From the NCBI GenBank assembly GCA_977862235.1, contig OZ374557.1, positions 3,224,001-3,288,000 of the forward strand: a stretch of DNA of 64,000 nucleotides, written 5' to 3'. The stretch is from Dudresnaya verticillata. Its lineage: Eukaryota. This document shows, in pieces, positions 34,290-45,173 of this stretch. A model generated the notes under the pieces. It was given only the letters and a program-made list of their open reading frames with translations. It did no database searches and was not told the DNA's origin. Position 1 is the stretch's first letter; every line of letters begins with the position of its first letter. The position numbers were made by a program, and so were the translations under genes.

Positions 34290-35426
34290 ATGTCGGCCTC
34301 CGAAAGTGCTGAAGAAATCGACATTACGATCTTTGCTGACGACGTCAAGCTCCGATCCAAGACTAGTACTGGCCTCCAAACAGCCTTAGATGCGTCCACG
34401 AAATGGGCTGATCTTGAAGGTATGCAGTGGGGAACTTCAAAATGCCATGTTTTGGAGCCCGAAAACTGCACCAAACGAGCAATGTACTACCTGAATGGTC
34501 AGAAAATTGACGTGGTAGACACTGCAAAGTACCTGGGAGTGACTCTGAAAGGTACCAAACTGGCACCTGACAAGAATTTGTAACGAGTTAAGGCGGCTCA
34601 TCAACGCCTAAACTTACTCAAGGCGGTCGGCGTACACCGCAAATATGTGCCTAGCGCACGACTTGTGGACATCTGCCGCACGTATATCTACCCAGTTGCG
34701 GACTTTAGCACCCATTTGATGCCGATCGACACGGCAGGCAAGTGCGATTTGAGTCATCAACTCGAGTTGCTGGACTACAAAGTGGCAGAATTTGCACTTG
34801 GGTGCATTGCCAAAGAGCCTATGTGGCCTCGCAGTGGCCGCATCCGCGGGCGCCTACCACGTCATTTGAAGATGGCCAAGCTGCCGGACTGGTTGCAGCG
34901 TATCCGTCTGCGCCTTCGCAGTCTTGGTAAACGCCTCACAAAACGAGCTCACCGCAACCGTGGCGACGTGCTCGCCATGACAGATATGTTAGAATTCCGA
35001 AGTTTCCGGGCGCAGAATAAGAGTCCTCTGGACATGAGGAACCAGGATCTCCGTGATTCGTGGGAGGGCCTGTGTCGCCAACGTCGGCGGCGCATTCCAG
35101 TCCCCGACTCTGGATTCGTTCCGATTCTACACATTAGGGATCGTAAGCTGCGAGATGCCGGGATTCGATGGTATTGTGGGTCATTTCCCGGAAAACCGGA
35201 TGTCCTCAAGACTCGACTTGGTCCCGAGGTCTACAGGTTGCACAAAGCCCGAATTGAGTCTGGATTGAGTGTGAAGCGTTGGAATGCGGGCGTGCAAGCC
35301 CGACTCCTAGATAGTCTGAAGGCATTTCTGGATGTCTTAGATGACCAAAACTGTGTTGGTCAGAAGCGCAAACGCGAGGATTTGAGTCCCGTGCACAGAA
35401 CGACCAAGAAGCGCAAACCAAGTTAG
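34290..35426 (+). pseudogene. LINE ORF2, 3' part (FADD, KYLGV, basic C-terminus) with a premature TAA at 34581
   Basis: Continues in frame after TSD TGTCA. The sister copy has GAA at the same codon (36576). Confidence 0.92.
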
Positions 35427-35476
35427 CAAATCATCGCATTGGAAGCATGTAGTACCGAATATGTTTTAGAGTTTGC

Positions 35477-35510
35477 TGAAAAGGAATATGGAGAGGTTGG
35501 AGTTGAACAA
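35477..35510 (-). mobile_element. Copia LTR terminal 34 bp inserted in the LINE 3' UTR and immediately followed by element E
   Basis: TGAAAAGGAATATGGAGAGGTTGGAGTTGAACAA, then a new TGAAAAGG start at 35511. Predicted TSD TTTGC. Confidence 0.88.
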
Positions 35511-36219
35511 TGAAAAGGAATATGGAGAGGTTGGAGTTGAACAAGATGAGAAATGGAAGTCGCTTGACTTCGTTTACTGCAGTCGACCATCCGACATGGC
35601 TTATTGTTGAGGACATGGTCGCTGGCGCCTCACGTCACGGGTCAGGTACCCCAGATGGTACCCTGGCACGCTTTCACCAAACCTTCCGGAGACGACAGCC
35701 CTTTTTCCGGGCTTCCAAAATCACGGCGCATTTAGGCCTTTTGCAAAAGCAACGTGAAACGGGCTTCTGATTGGTTGTTACAAACCGCCTCCATGGTCTA
35801 TATGGCTTACAAGTGTTGTGCTGGAATTGGCGGTTATAACAGGAACGGCCAAGTGGAACGATCTGATTGGACCACATGGATGCACGTGGTATGGCATGGA
35901 ATGGTACTGGTATGACGCGCACTGTACTCCACAAGTACATATGAACGTGCCATGCAATGTGCTGATGGCGTCTGAGTTGGTACTGCAGGGACTTGCGCTA
36001 CGTGGAGCCTGGCTTGTGATATGAGCAGATGCAGTTGTCGTGCGGCCGACACGTTGGTTTACAGTTGCCACGTAGGTGTCGTGCGGCCGACACGTTGGTT
36101 TACAGCTGCCACGTAGGCAAATCTGGGTGATTACGTGGTCAATGATCCAAGTTGGATATTCATGGACGGACTTCAGCTCGTAAGTGCGGCCACGTGGTAT
36201 GCAGTGTTGTCCGACAGCA

Positions 36220-37560
36220 TGTCTTCGAGTCCGACTTTGTACAATGTCAACATGGACTCGTATCCTGAGTTCATGGATTTGTCAATGTCGGCCTCCGAAA
36301 GTGCTGAAGAAATCGACATTACGATCTTTGCTGACGACGTCAAGCTCCGATCCAAGACTAGTACCGGCCTCCAAACGGCCTTAGATGCGTCCACGAAATG
36401 GGCTGATCTTGAAGGTATGCAGTGGGGAACTTCAAAATGCCATGTTTTGGAGCCCGAAAACTGCACCAAACGAGCAATGTACTACCTGAATGGTCAGAAA
36501 ATTGACGTGGTAGACACTGCAAAGTACCTGGGAGTGACTCTGAAAGGTACCAAACTGGCACCTGACAAGAATTTGGAACGAGTTAAGGCGGCTCATCAAC
36601 GCCTAAACTTACTCAAGGCGGTCGGCGTACACCGCAAATATGTGCCTAGCGCACGACTTGTGGACATCTGCCGCACGTATATCTACCCAGTTGCGGACTT
36701 TAGCACCCATTTGATGCCGATCGACACGGCCGGCAAGTGCGATTTGAGTCATCAACTCGAGTTGCTGGACTACAAAGTGGCAGAATTTGCACTTGGGTGC
36801 ATTGCCAAAGAGCCTATGTGGCCTCGCAGTGGCCGCATCCGCGGGCGCCTACCACGTCATTTGAAGATGGCCAAGCTGCCGGACTGGTTGCAGCGTATCC
36901 GTCTGCGCCTTCGCAGTCTTGGTAAACGCCTCACAAAACGAGCTCACCGCAACCGTGGCGACGTGCTCGCCATGACAGATATGTTAGAATTCCGAAGTTT
37001 CCGGGCGCAGAATAAGAGTCCTCTGGACATGAGGAACCAGGATCTCCGTGATTCGTGGGAGGGCCTGTGTCGCCAACGTCGGCGGCGTATTCCAGTTCCC
37101 GACTCTGGATTCGTTCCGATTCTACACATTAGGGATCGTAAGCTGCGAGATGCCGGGATTCGATGGTATTGTGGGTCATTTCCCGGAAAACCGGATGTCC
37201 TCAAGACTCGACTTGGTCCCGAGGTCTACAGGTTGCACAAAGCCCGAATTGAGTCTGGATTGAGTGTGAAGCGTTGGAATGCGGGCGTGCAAGCCCGACT
37301 CCTAGATAGTCTGAAGGCATTTCTGGATGTCTTAGATGACCAAAACTGTGTTGGTCAGAAGCGCAAACGCGAGGATTTGAGTCCCGTGCACAGAACGACC
37401 AAGAAGCGCAAACCAAGTTAGCAAATCATCGCATTGGAAGCATGTAGTACCGAATATGTTTTAGAGTTTGCATGAAGGTTGAAGACGTACTCCCTTGCCA
37501 CATAGTGTAGCGTAGCTACAACTTAGGACACTGAGGCGTCTCTAAATAAATCACACATTT
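36220..37560 (+). mobile_element. 5'-truncated LINE with a complete 3' end
   Basis: 8-bp TSD CGACAGCA at 36212-36219 and 37561-37568. ORF2 C-terminal part open to 37421. AATAAA at 37545-37550, then TCACACATTT. Confidence 0.95.
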
Positions 37561-38880
37561 CGACAGCAGTCATGCGGGGACACTCGATACTTTCGAGTTC
37601 CCGCCCAAAGTTGGAGTACATATGGATGGCAGGAAATGCGGTCGCAAGAGGGATTGCTGATGTCAGCAGTTAGCAACACTGGTGTGCAAGTTCCCGCCCA
37701 TTTTGGTGGCGGATGTGAGTGTGCTGAGAGTATGATTTGGTAGATTTAATTGTTTTACTTTTTCCCGCCCATTTGATGATAGGGATTTTGGGCGTTTCTT
37801 TAATGATTTGTTTTGTTTGTGTTCACGCAGCAACTCATCCGAAAAGCTGATATAAGCCATGTCGGATGGTCGACTGCAGTAAACGAAGTCAAGCGACTTC
37901 CATTTCTCATCTTGTTCAACTTCAACCTCTCCATATTCCTTTCAGGTTATGGGCCCAGAAGGTCGACCTACGCAGACTTCATCGCTTCGCTGCAACCTTC
38001 TTCCTTTTTCTTTTCATTCTTGATACTGTCCTGTCCCGTCCTGGCCTGTCCTGTCTGCTTGTGTCCTGTCCTGTCGGCTTGTGTCCTGTCCTGTCTGCTT
38101 GTTGTCTGTTGAAAGTGGTCCCTATCCCACTGTGTCGGCTTGTGTCTCTGATTTTGTGAGAGAGTTCTCGAGGCTCTCGTCCGCTGTTGTCTTGGTCCGT
38201 GAGCTTGCTGAGAGGTTGAGTGTTGTGCGTGGTGACTCTCGTTAAGTCAGGACCTCGTTGGCCTAGGGGAGCAGCCTCCAGTAAGATCCAGAACTTTGAC
38301 ACGGTTGGGCCTAGTTCCATTCCTGCAAGAGACTGGACCTGTTCGTGTGGTGAACACTCGTTTTGAGTTAGTACCCATAAGGTGGACGTCTCGTAAGGAT
38401 TGCATACTTCGTGTCTGTGTGCGCACGACACGAAAGGGCTGCTGAAAGACGCATTTCACCCGGAGAATCATATCCGGGGGCCAGGAGTCCGACTCCTAGG
38501 GGTGACTAGGTAGAACCTGGTGCCAGAACATCCCGCGTCAAAAAGACGTTCAACTATCAAGAATCAACTTTTCAACTTCAAGTTTCAACTTTTCTTCTTC
38601 AGTCCAGGTGATCCCATCATCACCTGAGAGTTTCATTACTCCAAGCGTGGGAGCTACTTGGCAAAGTGTGCTCCGCTTGTGACTGTATTATATTACCGAC
38701 GTGTTCGACACATTTCTCAGTTTCGTCGTCACGTCTTCGTTGTGTGAGCTGCACTGCTCTGCTTAACACGACTATTACCCTCTGGGCATCGACACTGTTG
38801 CACTAACAGCACTGCCCCAAGTTCACCAAGTTTTCTAAAACTATTCAAGTTATCTCTTCCCAGCATCAGTCCCAACAGCT

Positions 38881-41800
38881 ATGACTGATACCGAAGCCGA
38901 GATGGATACTTCGAGCGGGGTCAAGATACCCCGTTTCCACGGCAGGAGAGGTGACGACTACAGTCTCTGGCGTCATCGCCTTCGTGCCGCATGCCGCATC
39001 AAAGGGGTTTGGAATGTTGTCCACACCTCAAACGACACACCGACCAGCTCACAGTCAACTGGAGAGGCCTCAGCGGATACTTCCATTATTCACGCCAGAA
39101 CCTTGGCCAAACGTGAGAAGGCTTGCGGGATCATTATCTCCGCGCTTGGTGATGCTCCGCTTCGTGTCGTTATGGAGGTTGATGATGACCCCAAACGCAT
39201 GCTGGAGCTATTGGACTCGCGCTATGCGTCCAGTCGAACCGTATCCCGTATCGCCGTACAGACCAAGCTATTCCGTATGACGTACACCGGTCAGAATATG
39301 TCCAGCTATGTCGACCAGTACACGTCACTGTTCGCCCAACTCGACCGCATGGGCAACGACTCGGCGATACCGGAGACACATAAGGCACCTATGCTGCTTG
39401 CTTCCATTGATCCGTCCTGCCACCTGGAGTCAACAGCTGCAGCTCTTCGCACCAAAGATGCTGCTGAGCTGACTTGGGACTACGTCGCAACCACGCTGAT
39501 CGATGAGTACAACGCCAAAGATTCTCATGGATCAAACGCAGGTGGGAGATCCAGTAAGTCGAAGAGTCGTCGGAAGAAGAAAAAGAAGTCCGCGTCGTCA
39601 GGTTCTCGCCAGCAACCCAACCCGCTGGATGACAACGACGACTCCGATGACTCTTCTGATATTGAATCCACCGTCCGTGCGTTGGCGGTTGCACTCAAGT
39701 CCGCCAAGCAGGTTCACTCCACCCCGAACCGGCACCTTCACTGTGATGTTTGCGACAAGGATGGACACACCGCGGATCGATGCTATCTCAATCCGGAAAA
39801 TCCTAACAACAAGCTTCCTCCAAAGGTGCGACAGATGTTCACCAACCAGGGCAAAAAGGGCAATGCCAACTCGGCGGTAGCTGCATCTGGTAAGAACAAT
39901 GGTAAATCTGCAAAGGTAGAAATCGCCGGTGCATCGGTTGAGATGACTACTGTTGTTCCTCCGAACGACCAAGGAACGTATGCCGACAGTGGAGCAACTG
40001 TGCATTGCTTCCACTCAATGACTTCTTTTGTACCGAGCTCAGTATCGCGCTGCGAAAAGCGTACTGTAGTGCTTGCGGACAAGTCGTCTGTCACCTCAGA
40101 CCTATGTGGAGATGTGATTCTGCCGTTTGAGCATGCCAATATTCGGCTCAAGAAGGCCCTCTTCATCCCGCAGATGGGATACAATCTTGTCTCTACTGGG
40201 CGTTTGGCAGATAAAGGAATTGAATCCCACTTTCGCCGCTTGGACGTGCGCTTGGTACTCGACTCTGATGGGTACTATATTGGATCCGGTGTTCGCGATG
40301 CGAGTTCTGGAATGTACATGCTACCAGAACCCGAGCCGCACACTTCGGAGGAGCAAGTACTGGCTGTCCCCAGCACGCAGCAAACTACTGAGCTCTGGCA
40401 TCGACGTCTTGCCCACATTAATTTTCGGGACTTGGCCAAAGTGCACGAGCATGTTGAGGGTGTTCCGGAGTTGGGCTCCACTCATGAAGTGTGTCGGGCT
40501 TGTAGACTTGGGAAAGCACACAAACAATCATTCCCAGGGCACTTCCGCCCGGCCAAAGCTGTCGGTGATCTCGTGCATTCCGACATTGTGGGTCCAATCC
40601 AGATCTCCTTTCCCGATCGTTTCCGGTATGCCACGACGTTTCTGGATGACAAATCCCGTTTCTTGGTCGTCGCATGTATGAGAAGTCGCCGTATGTTGAG
40701 TGCAGCATTTGATCAAGCTTCAGCAAAGTTTATCGAGCTTGGAGGAGCGGAAATAACAAAACTCCACTCAGACGGGGCTCAGGAGTATTTGGCTTTGCAG
40801 AAAGATTTGGGAGGAGTTGGAGACAGTGGCAAATCCTTCTCCCCACCTTGGAGCTCAATGGAATCGCGGAAAGGGTGAACCGAACCATGGTGGAAGCTGC
40901 CCTGACTTTGCTGATCCAGGCTGATCTACCGGGATGTTTGTGGCCGTTTGCACTGAAGCATGTCAACTACGTGCGCAATCGGGTACCACACTCAACCGTT
41001 GGGGCTACGCCATACTCGGTCATGACAGGTGATGTTCCTGATTTAAAACATTTAAGAGTGTTTGGATGTGCTGCATATGTCCTAAGGCTCCCACGCGGAT
41101 CCAAGTTCGAGTCTCGTGCACTTGAGGGGGTGCACTTGGAGACTCTAGAGCATGGGATCTACAGGATATTGGTCACTGGCGGTGACGGTATACCTCGTGT
41201 GGTTGAGTCGCGGCATGTCACATTCGACGAGTCCAAATTCCCGGGTGCTCCAAGCCTGTTGGAATATGGGCAGGACGAGGCAGATTCGGATGAAGATTAC
41301 GAGTCTAACTCAGAGGCCTCTATTTTCAACTCGGACTCTGATGACGATGTGTCGCTGGGTAACTTTGAGGATGAAGAGGATGCGATTGAAGTTGACACAC
41401 CTTCTTCACCTCCACTACCTCCATCAGAACCCAGCTCATTCGAATCTGATGACACGGCTGAGGAAGAAAACGTCTCTGACAGTCCTCCGGCTGGTGTGAG
41501 TTCAGATCCAGAACGCCAGCAACAGAGTCGATATCCTCGTCGCCAACGTCGCCAGACGTCGAAATGGTTTATGGCGAGCTCTGCACAAGCTGAACAACAG
41601 GTTGCCCTCATCACCCTCACAACGGGAGATGAGCCCACTCTTCGAGAGGCCATGTCTGCCACTCCGGAGGAGCGCGGGTTGTGGCAATCTGCCATTGATG
41701 ATGAGTTCGCATCCTTGGAATCCAAAGGCACTTGGGTCCGTGATGACAGTCCCGGTGCACAGCCGCTTCCAACGCACGCCGTGCTGAAAGTTAAACGCAA

Positions 41801-43209
41801 GTCCGACGGGACGGTCGAGCGCTTCAAAGCGCGGGTCGTCGCTGGTGGAAACTTCCAGACGTATGGTGAAGACTACATGGAAACATACGCCCCAGTTGTG
41901 TCGTTCTCGCTGGTGCGCATGTTCCTATACTTGGTACTGTGTTTGAACCTGTTTGTTGCACAGCTAGACGTGAAGACGGCTTTCCTGAATGGTGATCTGG
42001 CAGAACACGTGTGGGTAATGTCACCGCGTGGGATTCCTGGAAGGGAATCTCTCTGTTACAAACTTCTGAAGGCTATGTATGGGCTAAAACAGGCTCACCT
42101 AGCTTGGCACACCAAGCTGTGTGGTGACCTTGCTAGGATGATGTTTGAGGAATTGCCAAGTGCACCTTGCGTGTTTCGTCGCAAATCCAAGTCTTCTGGA
42201 TACGCATACATCTTGGTGTACGTTGATGACTTGCTCATCCTCGCACCCACAAAGGCGGAGAGAGACGCCATTGTTAAGGAACTGCAGGGCCTCTACGATC
42301 TACGGCTGTCTGAAGGGGTTGACCTCTTCCTCGGAGTCGAGCTTGGATGGAAGCTAGACTCTGATGGCAGATTTGTGTCCCTCAAGATGACTCAACAGGT
42401 CTACACGGAAAGTGTTCTTCGTCGATTTGGACTTCAGAACTCTAAGCCGGCTTGTACGCCGATGGTTGAGTCTTTCTTCACTGGACTTGCCGCCGAAGAG
42501 GACAAGGCCGTCGTGTCGGTTGAGACGTACCAGCAGATGATCGGGTCACTTCTGTACTTGGGGCTTCGCACAAGGCTGGACATTTTGGCCTCTGTGCTTA
42601 TCCTCGCACGGTTCCAGAAGGCTCCAACTGCGTACTGTCACCGTGGTGTAAAGAGGGTTCTGCGATATCTTCGAGGCACTCACAAGCATGGAGTTACGTA
42701 CCAGTCCGGAAGCACTCGTATCCAAGCTTATGTGGACGCTGACTATGCCGGTGACACCACACACAGACCGAAAATCTATGTCTGGTTACATGGTGAAACT
42801 GGGAGATGCAGTGTGTATTTGGGGATCCAAGAAGCAGTCAACTGTTGCTCTCTCAACTTGCGAGTCGGAGTACTATGCAATGACTCTGGCTGCGAAAGAG
42901 ACGGTTTGGGTCACGCGAGTGCTGAAGGAGGCCGATTTGAACGTCGAAGGCCCGGTTCCATTGAGATCAGACAACCAGTCTGCCATCAATTGGGCTACTG
43001 GAGAACGCTGTCCGTCTGGTCGTGCCAAGCACATCGACGTTCGTGTACACTTCATTCGCGAACTTGTCGCCGACTCTGTTCTGGAAGTGGTGTATGTGCC
43101 GTCAGAAGACAACGACGCTGACTTGCTGACAAAGCCACTCGGGCCCACTTTGCTCAATAGGATTCTACCAAGGGTTGGACTTGGAGGAGCCATCGAGGAG
43201 GAGTGTTGA
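38881..43209 (+). pseudogene. Copia gag-pol of copy D, broken by a 7-bp deletion (about 40848) and a 4-bp insertion (about 42760), plus an in-frame 9-bp insertion (about 41610)
   Basis: Direct comparison with intact copies. ORFs 38881-40878, 40848-43121 and 42688-43209. Confidence 0.95.
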
Positions 43210-45173
43210 GGACATGGTCGCTGGCGCCTCACGTCACGGGTCAGGTACCCCAGATGGTACCCTGGCACGCTTTCACCAAACCTTCCGGAGACGACAGCCC
43301 TTTTTCCGGGCTTCCAAAATCACGGCGCATTTAGGCCTTTTGCAAAAGCAACGTGAAACGGGCTTCTGATTGGTTGTTACAAACCGCCTCCATGGTCTAT
43401 ATGGCTTACAAGTGTTGTGCTGGAATTGGCGGTTATAACAGGAACGGCCAAGTGGAACGATCTGATTGGACCACATGGATGCACGTGGTATGGCATGGAA
43501 TGGTACTGGTATGACGCGCACTGTACTCCACAAGTACATATGAACGTGCCATGCAATGTGCTGATGGCGTCTGAGTTGGTACTGCAGGGACTTGCGCTAC
43601 GTGGAGCCTGGCTTGTGATATCAGCAGATGCAGTTGTCGTGCGGCCGACACGTTGGTTTACAGTTGCCACGTAGGTGTCGTGCGGCCGACACGTTGGTTT
43701 ACAGCTGCCACGTAGGCAAATCTGGGTGATTACGTGGTCAATGATCCAAGTTGGATATTCATGGACGGACTTCAGCTCGTAAGTGCGGCCACGTGGTATG
43801 CAGTGTTGTCCGACAGCAGTCATGCGGGGACACTCGATACTTTCGAGTTCCCGCCCAAAGTTGGAGTACATATGGATGGCAGGAAATGCGGTCGCAAGAG
43901 GGATTGCTGATGTCAGCAGTTAGCAACACTGGTGTGCAAGTTCCCGCCCATTTTGGTGGCGGATGTGAGTGTGCTGAGAGTATGATTTGGTAGATTTAAT
44001 TGTTTTACTTTTTCCCGCCCATTTGATGATAGGGATTTTGGGCGTTTCTTTAATGATTTGTTTTGTTTGTGTTCACGCAGCAACTCATCCGAAAAGCTGA
44101 TATAAGCCATGTCGGATGGTCGACTGCAGTAAACGAAGTCAAGCGACTTCCATTTCTCATCTTGTTCAACTTCAACCTCTCCATATTCCTTTCACTTATA
44201 TCAGCTTTTCGGATGAGTTGCTGCGTGAACACAAACAAAACAAATCATTAAAGAAACGCCCAAAATCCCTATCATCAAATGGGCGGGAAAAAGTAAAGCA
44301 ATTAAATCTACCAAATCATACTCTCAGCACACTCACATCCGCCACCAAAATGGGCGGGAACTTGCACACCAGTGTTGCTAACTGCTAACATCAGCAATCC
44401 CTCTTGCGACCGCATTTCCTGCCATCCATATGTACTCCAACTTTGGGCGGGAACGTGAAAGTATCGAGTGTCCCCGCATGGCTGCTGTTGGACAACACTG
44501 CACACCACGTGGCCGCACTTACCAGCTCAAGTCCGTCCATGAATATCCAACTTGGATCATTGACCACGTAATCACCCAGATTTGCCTACGTGGCAGCTGT
44601 AAACCAACGTATCGGCCGCACGACAGCTACGTGATAACTGTAAACCAACGTGTCGGCCGCACGACAGCTACGTGCCAACTGTAAACCAACGTGTCGGCCG
44701 CACGACAGCTACGTGGCAACTGTAAACCAACGTGTCGGCCGCACGACAACTGCATCTGCTGATATCACAAGCCAGGCTCCACGTAGCGCAAGTCCCTGCA
44801 GTACCAACTCGGACGCCATCAGCACATTGCATGGCACGTTCATGTGTACTTGTGGAGTACAGTGCGAGTCATACCAACACCATTCCATGCCATACCACGT
44901 GCATCCATGTGGTCCAATCAGATCGTTCCACTTGGCCGTTCCTGTTATAACCGCCAATTCCAGCACAACACTTGTAAGCCATATAGACCATGGAGGCGGT
45001 TTGGAACAACCAATCAGAAGCCCGTTTCACGTTGCTTTTGCAAAAGGCCTAAATGCGCCGTGATTTTGGAAGCCCGGAAAAAGGGCTGTCGTCTCCGGAA
45101 GGTTTGGTGAAAGCGTGCCAGGGTACCATCTGGGGTACCTGACCCGTGACGTGAGGCGCCAGCGACCATGTCC

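Larger units (their letters stand above)
22073..35476 (+). mobile_element. Full-length APE-type non-LTR retrotransposon (LINE), interrupted at 25936-34289 and again in the 3' UTR at 35477
   Basis: About 840-bp 5' UTR, ORF1, ORF2 (APE plus RT), and a 3' UTR identical to that of the 36220-37560 copy up to GTTTGC. The 5' boundary is approximate. Confidence 0.9.
35605..44194 (+). mobile_element. Full-length copia copy D, with its 5' LTR interrupted by a LINE
   Basis: LTRs 35605-37944 (991 bp after removing the LINE and one TSD) and 43204-44194. TSD CTTAT at 35600-35604 and 44195-44199. Confidence 0.97.

Noticed and set aside
36135..37421. 428-aa ORF starting in the LTR and reading into LINE RT as a novel fusion gene
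   Set aside because: A chance in-frame junction of a 5'-truncated LINE. GTG start, and it lacks the endonuclease and the N-terminal RT motifs.
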